Positions 9,543 to 19,333 of a stretch of DNA of 64,000 nucleotides are shown piece after piece (position 1 is the stretch's first letter; each line of letters starts with the position of its first letter). The translations under genes and the position numbers were made by a program. The stretch covers positions 25,357 to 89,356 of the forward strand of contig VGWI01000002.1 of the NCBI GenBank assembly GCA_016873655.1. The letters run 5' to 3'. The notes under the pieces were generated by a model. It searched no databases, was not told the origin of the DNA, and saw nothing but the letters and a program-made list of their open reading frames with translations. The stretch comes from Lentisphaerota bacterium. Lineage in GTDB: Bacteria > Verrucomicrobiota > Kiritimatiellia > UBA8416 > VGWI01.

Positions 9543-9580
9543 GAGAGCGCGGCGCCCGGAATCGCAACCGCTCTCTTTCC
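9542..9580 (+). terminator. stem-loop after phoU (AGAGAGCG...CGCTCTCT followed by TTTCC)
   Basis: An imperfect 8-bp stem with an 18-nt loop and a short T tract immediately after the phoU stop. It is a weak intrinsic-terminator candidate. Confidence 0.35.
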
Positions 9581-9865
9581 CGATCTGAGGCATTTCTGCA
9601 AACCTGTGTTGGCGGCGAATGCCGGCTTCACTGGTTGCAGACAGCTTTTTAGCAATTCTCTGTTGCCCGCCACGTCCGCCCGGCCAGAACCTGCGCCATG
9701 ATGCGCGATATGACTGGGCATCCAGAGGGCAGTCGCGGATGAACGCACCTTGCTGCCCACTTCATGGGGTGGTAGCCTCTGGACGCAAAAGAAAACGGGC
9801 AAGCAGGTTCAGGCGACGCTTGACAACCCGCCTGAACGCGACGTTTTGCCTGAGAAAGGAAGACG

Positions 9866-10657
9866 ATGCGACGCCTCTTCGTCGTACTGGCCAAGCTGAT
9901 CGGGCTTCTCCAGATCTACTGGGGCCTGACGTATCTCTCCTCCATCGCTCTGTTCATCGGGCAAATGCCCAGAACGGAATCCTGCGAATTCAGGCCGCTT
10001 GCCGTTCAAATAGGTGGAATTGCCGCCTTCGCGCTCCTTTCCTTCGGCATGGCGTGGGCATTGCTGACCCGGACTGAATGGCTTGCCGACAAGCTCAAGA
10101 TCCGGGCAGACGACCCGCTTCCTGCGCTGTCTGACGATGTTGTGCTCCGGGCGGGAGTCAAGCTCGTCGGCGTCTACATCCTTGCCAATGCGATCCCCGG
10201 CCTTGTCAAAGCGATAGCGGAGGCGAGTGCCTACGGCCTTTGGGAAGGGCGTCTCGCCGCCATATGGATCAGGATCGCTCCTTCGGTGCTGCAAGTCGGG
10301 CTTGCGTTGTTCCTCGCGGTCAGAACAGGCAGTCTCTTGCGCCTTCTCGCCATGGGAGAAAAGACTCAGGGCAGGAAGATCATCATCGGCGGGGTCGTGA
10401 CCGTGGCTATCCTGCTTCTGCTCGGCCGGGGACTGACAATCCATCCGTGGCTCCAAAACCGGGGGAACCACTCATTCAAACCCATCCGGCGCCCCCCTCC
10501 GGAGAGTTGCATCGTCATTACCGGGAAGGATACCAACACCCCTGCGGCACGCGGCTGGTACGCCAGGCCGTATGCAGGCCCGGTCACAAACGATGTTCCT
10601 GACGGGACGAATTCCACTGTCATGGAGATCGATGTGCGCCTCCCTGCCTCCCCTTGA
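9866..10657 (+). CDS. hypothetical integral membrane protein
   Basis: A 263-aa ORF with 5-6 hydrophobic spans and no recognisable domain. The true start is uncertain. Confidence 0.4.
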   Translation: MRRLFVVLAKLIGLLQIYWGLTYLSSIALFIGQMPRTESCEFRPLAVQIGGIAAFALLSFGMAWALLTRTEWLADKLKIRADDPLPALSDDVVLRAGVKLVGVYILANAIPGLVKAIAEASAYGLWEGRLAAIWIRIAPSVLQVGLALFLAVRTGSLLRLLAMGEKTQGRKIIIGGVVTVAILLLLGRGLTIHPWLQNRGNHSFKPIRRPPPESCIVITGKDTNTPAARGWYARPYAGPVTNDVPDGTNSTVMEIDVRLPASP

Positions 10658-10719
10658 AGATGGCATTGGCGATTCGGGCCGATTTACATCGCAACTGATC
10701 CCGCGTATAGTCGCCGGGT

Positions 10720-12135
10720 ATGCGCCAACGTGACACATCGAGCGCGATTCAGAGTGTTCTGGCGGCGAGCATTGACGCCTGCGCCGTGTTCGCCGGCTTC
10801 ATGCTCGCCACGAAGGCCAGGTTCGATACGGGGCTGATCCCTCTGAGGCACGGCCGCCCCCCGCACCTCTACGAAATGTATGCGGCTGGCGCGGCCGTGG
10901 CGGTCCCGCTCTTCCTGTTCGTCTACCAGGCGCTCGGCCTCTACGTGCGCCCGCAGACGGGCAACTTCGAGAACCGGATACCCCGGATCGTCCGCGGCAG
11001 CATCATCGGCTCCGTTCTCGCCGTGGTAGTGGCGTTCGTGCTGAAGAACGAGATGGAATTCTCCAGCATGGTGATACTGCTTGCCGCGCCGATCACCACG
11101 GCACTTGTCCTGCTCGAACGATATGTCGTCTACCGCGCGGAATGGAACATGGCCCGGCACAGCCCGAAGACCAGCCGCGTGATCGTCGTCGGCACCGATC
11201 CGGTTGCGGTGCGGCTCAGCCGCACAATCCGCAAGGAGCCGATGCTCCGCGCGGAAGTGGTCGGATACCTGCGCGCCGGCGTGGAACCGGCCGCCGCGGA
11301 TATCCCCGCCGACAGAATACTCGGCACGCCGGACGACCTGCCGCGCCTCATAGGCGAGCTGGGAGTCGACCGCGTGATCCTGACGGGGGCCGGACTCGGA
11401 AGAAAGGCGATCCTGGACTTGCTCCTGCTGTGCGAGCGGCGGATGGTGACGTTCAACATGGTCCCGGACCTGTTCAGCATCATGACCAGCAGCATGGATG
11501 TCCAGTCGCTGAACGACATCCCTCTCCTGAGCGTGGGGCACTGGCCGCTGGATCACCTGTGGAACCGGGCGCTCAAGAGAACCGAGGATATCGCCGGCTC
11601 CATCTTCGGGCTCGTCATAGGCGCACCGGCAATCGCCCTCGCCGCAGCCGCCATACGCGCGACATCGCCGGGGCCTGTTTTCTTCCGCCAGGAACGCTGC
11701 GGACTCAAGGGCAAACCATTCACACTGTATAAGCTGCGCACCATGCGGATTGACGCGGAAGACGGAACCGGACCCGTCTTCACGGTTCCCGGCGATCCGC
11801 GCACGACGAAGGTGGGCGCCTTCCTGCGCCGGCACAACCTGGATGAACTGCCGCAGCTTTGGAACGTCTTCAAGGGCGACATGAGCCTCGTCGGGCCGAG
11901 GCCCGAACGCCCGCACTTCGTCGAGCGGTTTCGCGAAGACATCAACCGCTACATGTGGCGGCACGTCTCAAAGCCCGGCATCACCGGCTGGGCGCAGGTG
12001 AACGGACTGCGCGGAAGCACAACGAGCATCGAGGAACGCGTCCGCTACGATCTCTACTACCTTGAGAACTGGTCGCTGGCGTTCGATCTGAAAATACTGC
12101 TGCGCACCGTGTTTGCGCGCGAGAACGCGTACTGA
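10720..12135 (+). CDS. undecaprenyl-phosphate sugar phosphotransferase (WcaJ/EpsB-type exopolysaccharide priming glycosyltransferase)
   Basis: An N-terminal membrane domain plus the C-terminal bacterial sugar-transferase core (PGITGWAQVNGLRG, DLYYLENWSLAFDLKIL). Confidence 0.85.
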   Translation: MRQRDTSSAIQSVLAASIDACAVFAGFMLATKARFDTGLIPLRHGRPPHLYEMYAAGAAVAVPLFLFVYQALGLYVRPQTGNFENRIPRIVRGSIIGSVLAVVVAFVLKNEMEFSSMVILLAAPITTALVLLERYVVYRAEWNMARHSPKTSRVIVVGTDPVAVRLSRTIRKEPMLRAEVVGYLRAGVEPAAADIPADRILGTPDDLPRLIGELGVDRVILTGAGLGRKAILDLLLLCERRMVTFNMVPDLFSIMTSSMDVQSLNDIPLLSVGHWPLDHLWNRALKRTEDIAGSIFGLVIGAPAIALAAAAIRATSPGPVFFRQERCGLKGKPFTLYKLRTMRIDAEDGTGPVFTVPGDPRTTKVGAFLRRHNLDELPQLWNVFKGDMSLVGPRPERPHFVERFREDINRYMWRHVSKPGITGWAQVNGLRGSTTSIEERVRYDLYYLENWSLAFDLKILLRTVFARENAY

Positions 12136-12399
12136 AACAACAGGCGCGTTGCACTAGCATCCCATAGGGAACGTTTCACGATCACAAAACCCCGTATTTG
12201 CTGATGTTTTGAAATAGTCTGCGAGATTGTGATTCTTGAACTTCCCTTCGTAATCCTAATCGTAATCCTACTCATAATCCTCTCTGTAGCAGATGATTAC
12301 GATTACGATCAGGATTCCTGTGGGATGTCAACAGGCGCGTTGTTCAGGAAGGGCATCGGGAATGCCCGGAATGTTCGCCGGCGGCAGGTTCTTTCCCCG

Positions 12400-13758
12400 C
12401 TATTCGCGCCCGCGCTTCAGGTTGTGCTTCCTGATGAGCCGCTGGAGGTAGGCGCGCTCGATGCCTGCTTCCTTCGCCGCCTGCGATACGTTGCCGTGAT
12501 GGCGGCGCAGCAGATCCTGCACGTAGTCGGCCTCGAACTTGCGGACAAGGTCGTTCTTCACATCCTTGAACGGACGGTCGGCGCTGAAGTCCAGCCCGCG
12601 CGAGTCCTCTTCGGTCTTCAGAATCCCCATGTAAAGAAAGGCGCTCAGGTCTATCGGCCGTTTCTGGCTGTAACACGCTATTTCGACCAGGTTCCGCAGC
12701 TCGCGGACATTGCCGGGCCATGTGTGGTTCCGGAGCGTCTCCATCGCCTTTTCGAAGTTGGCAACCTGTCCCATCGCATCCGGCCCCAGGAAGTCCTTCA
12801 GGAACGACTCGGCCAGCACCGAAATGTCGTCCTTCCGCCTGCGAAGCGCCGGAAGCTCGATGCGCGCAATGGAAAGACGGAAGAATAGATCCTCGCGAAA
12901 GCGCCCGGCCTGCACCTCGTTTACCAGCTTCTTGTTCGTGGCCGAAACGATGCGCACGTCCACGTGGCGGACGGTGTTGCTGCCAACCCGCCGGATCTCG
13001 CGCTTCTCAAGCACCCGCAGCAGCTTCGGCTGAAGCTCGGCGCTGAGGTCGGCAATCTCGTCAAGAAAGACCGTGCCGCCGTCGGCATGCTCGAACGCGC
13101 CGACACGGTCGGTGTTTGCGCCGGTGAAAGAGCCTTTCTGGTGACCGAACAACTCGCTCTCGATCAGCTCGCGGGCAAGCGAGGCGCAGTCAATCACGAT
13201 GAAGGGTTTGTCTTTCCGGCGGCTGTTCCGGTGAATCTCCTCCGCGACCACTTCCTTGCCGGTCCCGGTCTCGCCCTCGATCAGCACGGTCGCGTCGGTC
13301 GGCGCGTAGGTCTCTATCTCGTGAAAAACCCGCCGCATCGCCACACTGCGCCCGAGCAAGGCGCCAAGCGACGTCCGTTCGCTCAGGACGAATTCACGCG
13401 TCTCCTGGAGCGGACAGAACACGATCCGCGCCTTGCCAAGCTGGATCTCGGTGCCTTGCCCAAGGTACGCCTCTGACACCCTGACGCCGTTGACGTACGT
13501 GCCGTTCGTGCTGCCGACATCCCGAACCACGTACCCGTCATCGGGGGTCATCTCGATCTCACAGTGCCCTTTGGATACGGTGTCGTCAGGCAACTGCAGA
13601 TCGTTGTCCGGAGAACTGCCGATCGTGAATGCATCCTTGTCCAGGATGAACTCCCGGCCCTGCAGACCGCCGGATACGACAAGCAGCTTCGCCTTCTTAA
13701 TCAGCATCTGCCCGCACGGGCCGGGCTGCGTAATGATGAGTGTCGGACTGTCCACCAT
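12400..13758 (-). CDS. sigma-54-dependent transcriptional activator with N-terminal FHA domain (FHA, AAA+ sigma54 interaction, HTH)
   Basis: An FHA core ([22 protein letters not shown]...STNGTYVNG), Walker A GETGTGKE, a GAFTGA-like GSFTGA, ESELFGH and a C-terminal Fis-type HTH. It lies 60 bp downstream of the lipid-like operon on the same strand. The alternative start is the Met at 13707. Confidence 0.8.
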   Translation of the reverse strand: MVDSPTLIITQPGPCGQMLIKKAKLLVVSGGLQGREFILDKDAFTIGSSPDNDLQLPDDTVSKGHCEIEMTPDDGYVVRDVGSTNGTYVNGVRVSEAYLGQGTEIQLGKARIVFCPLQETREFVLSERTSLGALLGRSVAMRRVFHEIETYAPTDATVLIEGETGTGKEVVAEEIHRNSRRKDKPFIVIDCASLARELIESELFGHQKGSFTGANTDRVGAFEHADGGTVFLDEIADLSAELQPKLLRVLEKREIRRVGSNTVRHVDVRIVSATNKKLVNEVQAGRFREDLFFRLSIARIELPALRRRKDDISVLAESFLKDFLGPDAMGQVANFEKAMETLRNHTWPGNVRELRNLVEIACYSQKRPIDLSAFLYMGILKTEEDSRGLDFSADRPFKDVKNDLVRKFEADYVQDLLRRHHGNVSQAAKEAGIERAYLQRLIRKHNLKRGRE

Positions 13759-13817
13759 GGCTGCTGCATACTCCGCGTTTCAAGGATGCTATACCCGCGT
13801 ACTCTTGTGCACAAGCC

Positions 13818-14891
13818 TCAAGGGCCGCGGGATGGGATGGGAGGACGTGGAGAGCCTGTGTGGGACCGCAATTCGACCAGCGCCTCTTCGCGGGTGAAAG
13901 AGCGTTCGCCGGCGTCGGCCATCATGTCCGCAAACCGCTTGCCGGAGAAGTCGAGGTTACGGCTGACCGAGTAGACGGCGTAGTGCGAGGGGTCCATGAA
14001 TGGCCTGTCGGCATCGAAAGCGTTTGACAGGGCGGAAACCATGCGGCCGAGGCCGACGCCTGCCCACATGGGGAGGCAGACTGTCTTGAAACGTTTCCCG
14101 GCCAGGAATACGTCCGCAACCATATGCGTGAACTCGTCAATGCTCGTTCGCTCCAAGTCAACCACGTTGATTGCCCTGCCCGCGGCGGCCCTGACCGTTG
14201 CCGCGAGGAAGCAGGCCTTCGCAACGTTGCGCACATGTGCAAGCGGCCACCTGTTTGCGCCGCGCCACGGCCCAAAGTGGACGATGAAAGGTGAAGAGCG
14301 CAGAAAGGAAGCGACTCTGGAAGTCAGCGTCAGGTCCCCGACGCCCCAGACCTGCGCCGGCCGGAGGATGGAATAGCGATCGGGTTCGAGTCCGGAGCGA
14401 ACGGCTTTCTCGGCCTCGATCTTGAACGCCGGGTACGGATTGGGCGGAAACGGCGAGAGCGGCAGGGCATCCTCGTCCTGGCCGTCGAAATCCCTCAGTC
14501 CGTAGACGTCGGTGGTGGAAACAAACACCAGGCGGCCGACATCGAATTCGTGCGCCAACTCAACCAGGACTCGAACCGGGTCAAGGTTGGTCCTCCGGAA
14601 TCGGGCGGTTCGTCCGGTATCCGTCGCACGGCCGGCGCAATGCACGATCGCATCCAGCTTTCCGCCCGCGGCTGCTTCGCGGACCGTGGCGCGGAGAGAT
14701 GCCGGCACGGTGATGTCGGTTCGCAGGAACGTGGTCTTCTCCAGGCCGGCCAGCACGTCGGCGGGTCTTTCGCCCGCGCCGGGGCGGCGCCTGTGGAATG
14801 TGCCGTACGTATTCCAGCCGCGCAGCGCAAAGAGCGCCGCCGCATAGCTGCCGATGAATCCGCCGGCGCCTGTGACAAGAACGGTGTTCAC
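13818..14891 (-). CDS. NAD-dependent epimerase/dehydratase-family (extended SDR) oxidoreductase
   Basis: A Rossmann motif, [15 protein letters not shown]. It overlaps the upstream gene by 4 nt (ATGA). It is the last gene of the 7-gene operon. Confidence 0.8.
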   Translation of the reverse strand: MNTVLVTGAGGFIGSYAAALFALRGWNTYGTFHRRRPGAGERPADVLAGLEKTTFLRTDITVPASLRATVREAAAGGKLDAIVHCAGRATDTGRTARFRRTNLDPVRVLVELAHEFDVGRLVFVSTTDVYGLRDFDGQDEDALPLSPFPPNPYPAFKIEAEKAVRSGLEPDRYSILRPAQVWGVGDLTLTSRVASFLRSSPFIVHFGPWRGANRWPLAHVRNVAKACFLAATVRAAAGRAINVVDLERTSIDEFTHMVADVFLAGKRFKTVCLPMWAGVGLGRMVSALSNAFDADRPFMDPSHYAVYSVSRNLDFSGKRFADMMADAGERSFTREEALVELRSHTGSPRPPIPSRGP

Positions 14892-16183
14892 GCAATGATC
14901 CCATTCCTGCGCCCGACATCCGCAAAGACGGAAAGGGCGGCGTCTATCTCAATCTCGGTCAGTGTGCTCATTGCGCTCACTCGCAGCCTGCATTCCTTGC
15001 GTCTCACAGCCGGGTATGTGACCAGGTTCGTGAAGACTCCGTTCGCGCGCAGCTCGTTGTGGAAGGCCGCAAGTTTCTGTTCATCGCCGACGATGACAGG
15101 GATTATCGCCGACTCCGTGTCACCGGTGTCGAAACCCAGCGCCTTGAGCCCGTCGCGCAGGCGGGCGATATTCCTCCACAACCTGTCCCTGCCTGCCGCA
15201 TCTGCGCGAATGAGGCGCAATGCCTCGACGAGTCCTGCCGCCGTCGGTGCGGGCATGCTGGTGGAGAAGAAATAGGTGCGCGCGTAGTAACGCAGGTAGC
15301 GGACGACGGACGCGCTTGCCGCGCAGTAGCCGCCTATGGCGCCGGGCGTCTTGCTCAGCGTACCGCAGAGCAGATCAATCCCGCGCGTGCAGCCGAAGTG
15401 CTCGGGCGTGCCCAGACCGGTCGGGCCGACGACTCCAAGTCCGTGCGCATCGTCCACCATCACGCGTGCGCGGTGGCGCCGGGCCAGGTCCGTGATCTCG
15501 TCAAGCGGCGCCAGGTCGCCGTCCATGGAGAAGACACCGTCGGTCACTATGAGCCTGCCGCGGACGGAGTCGGGTATGCGCTGGAGCACTCGCTCAAGGT
15601 GGCGCATGTTGCGGTGCAGGTAGACCTTTATTTCGGCGCCGGAGAGGCGGCAGCCGTCGAATATCGATGCGTGGTTCGAGGCGTCGTTGACAACAACATC
15701 CCCTGGTCCGCACAGGGCGGAGATGATGCCGACGTTCGCGGAGTAGCCGCACGGGAAGAGGATTGCGTCTTCCGTTCCGTAGAGCCCGGAGAGCTCCTCT
15801 TCAACAAGGCGGTGCAGCGGAGTCGTTCCGGCGTACAGGGAAACCGCGCCCATGCCGTAGCCGTACTCGGCGCATGCCTTGATGCTTGCGGCGACAACGG
15901 CGGGATGTGTTGTCAGCGCCAGATAGGAATTGGACCCGAGCATGGTCACTTTGTGGCTGTGGCCGTCGTGCTCGCGGACCGTGCACGTGTGGGCTGCCGG
16001 CCCCTCCATTCGCAGGCCGAGCCCTTCAGTGTACGAAGCCGGGTTGGCGCCCAGGTAGGAATCAAGGGCGTCGGCCTTCGCGAAGATGTCCGCATCGCCG
16101 TCTTGCGGAATGAAGTCCTCGAAGCGCCGTTCGGTCCCGTCCTCGCCACTGTCGCCGGGCAGCTTTCCCGGTTCCTTGTTCAT
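14888..16183 (-). CDS. alpha-oxoamine synthase family PLP-dependent acyltransferase (Spt/Kbl/BioF-like)
   Basis: A class I/II aminotransferase fold with a PLP-Lys context, [17 protein letters not shown], plus SMDGDLAPL and DDAHGLG. It has an N-terminal extension of about 60 aa. The ATG at 16183 overlaps the upstream stop. Confidence 0.8.
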   Translation of the reverse strand: MNKEPGKLPGDSGEDGTERRFEDFIPQDGDADIFAKADALDSYLGANPASYTEGLGLRMEGPAAHTCTVREHDGHSHKVTMLGSNSYLALTTHPAVVAASIKACAEYGYGMGAVSLYAGTTPLHRLVEEELSGLYGTEDAILFPCGYSANVGIISALCGPGDVVVNDASNHASIFDGCRLSGAEIKVYLHRNMRHLERVLQRIPDSVRGRLIVTDGVFSMDGDLAPLDEITDLARRHRARVMVDDAHGLGVVGPTGLGTPEHFGCTRGIDLLCGTLSKTPGAIGGYCAASASVVRYLRYYARTYFFSTSMPAPTAAGLVEALRLIRADAAGRDRLWRNIARLRDGLKALGFDTGDTESAIIPVIVGDEQKLAAFHNELRANGVFTNLVTYPAVRRKECRLRVSAMSTLTEIEIDAALSVFADVGRRNGIIA

Positions 16184-17397
16184 GTGGTTGCCTTTCTCCT
16201 TCGGTGGCAGCGAAGCGGAGTGTGCGAATCGCAATACACCGTGCACAGGTTGCAGTTGGTACAGCCCGACCGTTCAGCCGAGCCCGACAGAAGACGCGCC
16301 GGCAAACCAGGGTCATGGACCAGCGGTCTGCACAGCGAAACGGCATCGAGTCCGTGTTCCGAACGCGCGCGGAGCATTCCGTCCGGCGAGCGAATGCCGC
16401 CCACGGCCCAGACGGGCACAGGCACCGCTTTCCGGATGGCGGCCGCGGCCGGTACGTTGTAGTTCTCGCAGAACGGTATCAACCCGCGAAGATGGAACCG
16501 TGCGAACAGCGCCTTCCACGGCGTCCTTGCCCAGCGCGGGATACGCGCGAAGAGGGGATTGACGCACAGTGCAACATCCACCGGGCAGGCGCCGCGGATG
16601 ATGTTGAGCGCCGTCTCCATGGTTCCGTAACTCACTTCGAAGGCGTCAGCTCCGGCAGCGGCCGCGCGCCGTGCAGCGGTCACCGCGTCAGCCGTTGTCA
16701 GCCCCGGCCTGTTGTCGTCGCCGGCGCTCAATTTGACGAGGATGCCGAAATCAGGGCCTGTTTCCTCGCGGATGGCGCGCACTATTTCCTCGAGAAACAC
16801 CGGGCGGTCGCCCCAGCGGTCGCGGCGATTGTTTGTCCATGGCGACAGGAACTGGTGCACAAGGTAGCCGTGCGCGCCGTGCACCTGCACCCCGCTGAAT
16901 CCCGCCTTTTGCGCGCGCGCCGCGGCCGCGGCGAACTCGGCGACAACGCCGGCGACTTCGGAGTCGGACAGCCGGCGCACCTTCTGCCGGAAGTATGTGC
17001 ACCGGCGGGTGGACGCGCCGACCGCCTCCATTCCGGTGGCTTCATGGCGCGTCTGCCGGCCGGCGTGGGCCAGCTGCATGAACAGCGGGACGAGCGAGCC
17101 CGCCGAACGCGCAACTCGAACCGTTTCAGTCCAGGCCGGCAGCTTGTCATCAGAATCGATCCCGCACTGGCCCGGCTGCATCGCGCGGCCCTGCCGGGAA
17201 ACGAATGCAAAGCCTGTTATCAACGCGCCTGTTCCGCCCTTCACGAGTTGCGCGTACAGTTCACCCAGCGCCGGAGTAGGGAAGCCTTCGGAATCAGCCA
17301 TGCCCTCATAGGTGGCGGAGCGAACGATGCGGTTGGCGGCCGTGACCGAACCGAGGCGAAGCGGTGTTGCAAGAGACTGCGTAAGTCCGGAAGTCAT
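16180..17397 (-). CDS. Old Yellow Enzyme-family NADH:flavin (FMN) oxidoreductase / ene-reductase
   Basis: The motifs [10 protein letters not shown] and [28 protein letters not shown] are OYE signatures. The start is the Met at 17397 (ATGA overlap). Confidence 0.8.
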   Translation of the reverse strand: MTSGLTQSLATPLRLGSVTAANRIVRSATYEGMADSEGFPTPALGELYAQLVKGGTGALITGFAFVSRQGRAMQPGQCGIDSDDKLPAWTETVRVARSAGSLVPLFMQLAHAGRQTRHEATGMEAVGASTRRCTYFRQKVRRLSDSEVAGVVAEFAAAAARAQKAGFSGVQVHGAHGYLVHQFLSPWTNNRRDRWGDRPVFLEEIVRAIREETGPDFGILVKLSAGDDNRPGLTTADAVTAARRAAAAGADAFEVSYGTMETALNIIRGACPVDVALCVNPLFARIPRWARTPWKALFARFHLRGLIPFCENYNVPAAAAIRKAVPVPVWAVGGIRSPDGMLRARSEHGLDAVSLCRPLVHDPGLPARLLSGSAERSGCTNCNLCTVYCDSHTPLRCHRRRKATT

Positions 17398-18398
17398 TTG
17401 CCCTCTCTTCCGGCAAGCAGCCGCTTTGCCTCCGCAACAGCTGCAAGCGCGTGCTGTCCGGCGTCGCGGGCTTCGCGCGGGCACGGCGGTGGACACGTCA
17501 TGGGCAAAGCGCGGGCGTCTGCAGCGGCAAAGAACACGCCGGCCTCGTTCGAGGGAAACGCACGGCCGATCCTCGTGAGGCCGGCCCGTGCACATTTCGC
17601 GGCGAGTGTGCCGCCGTCCCCGGCTGGAAACGAGAAGAGCAATTCGTATTCCCCCGCGCCGCCGAACAGGGCCGATTCGGGCGGCGCGCCGATTGCAGCG
17701 CAGGCCTGTTTCACTCCCTCGGAATAGGGTATCGCCGGCAGCTCCACTTCAAGGCGCATGCCTGGACTTGCGCGCCTCATCATCCACAGCGCATCCGCCA
17801 GGCCACCGCTGGTATCCGTGCCGGCAACGGCGGCTTCACGCGCCAGCGCAGCGGCGTTAACGCGCAGCTCCAGCGCCGGGGTGGGCGCCCCTGTCAGCGC
17901 GGCGGCGTTCATGTGCCCCAGGGCGCCGGAGATCCACAGATCCTGCTCCACGGCGGGAAGCACGCGTTTCAGCGGGGTGCGCGCCGCGAGCGGGCCCATC
18001 GCGAAGCCGGCATAGCGCCATTCGCCGGCTGTGCCGAGGTCGCCCCCGCACAGCGCACAGCCGGCGGAATCGAGAATGCGGGACAGCCCGCCGCAAAGGG
18101 CGGAGACGAAGTCGGCGGATACGTCGGCCGGCAGCGAAATGGAATGGAGCATGAAGCGCGGCTCCACGCCCGCTGCGAGCAGGTCGCTCAACGTCGCGAC
18201 CGCAAGATTCGCGCCCAGCAGGTCCGGGTCCGCGGAAGTGAACAGGTCCTCCTTCTCGCTGAATTCGTCCACCGTCAGGCCCCACACCGCGCCGCCCACG
18301 CGGATGAATTCGGCGTCGCTTTCGAACGGCGCGTTGAGCTGTTCCGGACTGCGCCTGAAGCGCGAAGCGATCGCCGCTATCGTTTCGTATTCGTTCAT
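17394..18398 (-). CDS. AIR synthase-related (PurM superfamily, ThiL/HypE-like) ATP-dependent enzyme
   Basis: An N-terminal ESDAEF...[13 protein letters not shown] region and a C-terminal domain typical of the PurM/ThiL fold. It is 334 aa. Confidence 0.65.
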   Translation of the reverse strand: MNEYETIAAIASRFRRSPEQLNAPFESDAEFIRVGGAVWGLTVDEFSEKEDLFTSADPDLLGANLAVATLSDLLAAGVEPRFMLHSISLPADVSADFVSALCGGLSRILDSAGCALCGGDLGTAGEWRYAGFAMGPLAARTPLKRVLPAVEQDLWISGALGHMNAAALTGAPTPALELRVNAAALAREAAVAGTDTSGGLADALWMMRRASPGMRLEVELPAIPYSEGVKQACAAIGAPPESALFGGAGEYELLFSFPAGDGGTLAAKCARAGLTRIGRAFPSNEAGVFFAAADARALPMTCPPPCPREARDAGQHALAAVAEAKRLLAGREGK

Positions 18399-19333
18399 GG
18401 CGCAGTTCCTTCCGGCGAAGCGGGGCCGCGCGTTCCGCAGATCAGGTCAAGGCGGCGCGCGTGCAGCTCAATACTGACCGGCAGACCGCCGTGCGAATCG
18501 CCATCGAACTCGACGGAGACCGGCCGTTCCGTGCGCATGGAGAACCTTCGGCAACTGCCGGTGAAGACTCCTTCCGCGTTCACGGCCGAACCCGCGTAGA
18601 AGGCCGGGAGAAGCGCGAGCATGCCGGTTCGGCTGCGTCCCGAGACGGTCACGACCGTCAGCAGGCCGTCGTCCGGAGACCGGTCCACACTCAGCCGCAG
18701 GCCGGAGGCGATCCACGGATTCTTGAGAACAGCCACGTGGTTCACGCCGCGGAGTTCCATGCGCCGGCCGTCCAGAAGTATCTCCGCGTCGAACCTGCGC
18801 ACGGTCGCGATGGCGCAGAGAAGCGCCATCGCCGTGCCCGCGGTGTCGCCAGTGAACCGCCGCAGGCGGTTCGCGATATCCGCCGTTTTTGCTCCCAGCC
18901 CGATGTTGCAGCCGCAGCCGAACCATGAGGTCGCCGGACCGCCGGCATTCTGGAACCCGATTGATGCCACATCAACCTTTGTGGCAAGGCCATCCAGCAG
19001 CACCTGCAGCGCCGCGGCCGGATCCGTCGGGATGGAATGAAAGCGGCAGAAGTCGGGGCTTGTCCCGGCGTACAGAACGCCCATGCGCCTCTCCGCGGCG
19101 GGCGCATCAGCCAGCCCGGCGAGCACCGCGTTGATGGTTCCGTCTCCGCCAACCGCGACAACGACATCAAACCCGGGGGCTTCGGTTGCCAGTTGCCGTG
19201 CATGGCCGAGGTCGCGCGTCACAACCGGTTCAAAGTCGGCTCCGGCGCGTTTCATGCCCTCTGTCCAGAACTTCCATCGCTTCCGGCCGCGGCCGGCGCG
19301 GGATCCGGGATTCAGGATCAACAGGTATTTCAC
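18395..19333 (-). CDS. DAGK_cat-family lipid kinase (YegS/BmrU/sphingosine-kinase-like)
   Basis: YLLILNPGSRAG plus VVAVGGDGTINAVL, the GGDGT signature of diacylglycerol kinase catalytic domains. The GTG start at 19333 overlaps the upstream stop (GTGA). Confidence 0.75.
   Translation of the reverse strand: MKYLLILNPGSRAGRGRKRWKFWTEGMKRAGADFEPVVTRDLGHARQLATEAPGFDVVVAVGGDGTINAVLAGLADAPAAERRMGVLYAGTSPDFCRFHSIPTDPAAALQVLLDGLATKVDVASIGFQNAGGPATSWFGCGCNIGLGAKTADIANRLRRFTGDTAGTAMALLCAIATVRRFDAEILLDGRRMELRGVNHVAVLKNPWIASGLRLSVDRSPDDGLLTVVTVSGRSRTGMLALLPAFYAGSAVNAEGVFTGSCRRFSMRTERPVSVEFDGDSHGGLPVSIELHARRLDLICGTRGPASPEGTAP

Noticed and set aside
16204-17727. A 507-aa plus-strand ORF, and many other long ORFs antisense to annotated genes. 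Examples are 552-1376, 2980-4239, 3524-4600, 10684-11964, 22304-23350, 37417-39024 and 45462-46133.
   Set aside because: They have Arg/Ala/Gly/Pro-rich low-complexity translations typical of out-of-frame reading of high-GC DNA. They have no motifs, and they overlap well-supported genes on the other strand.
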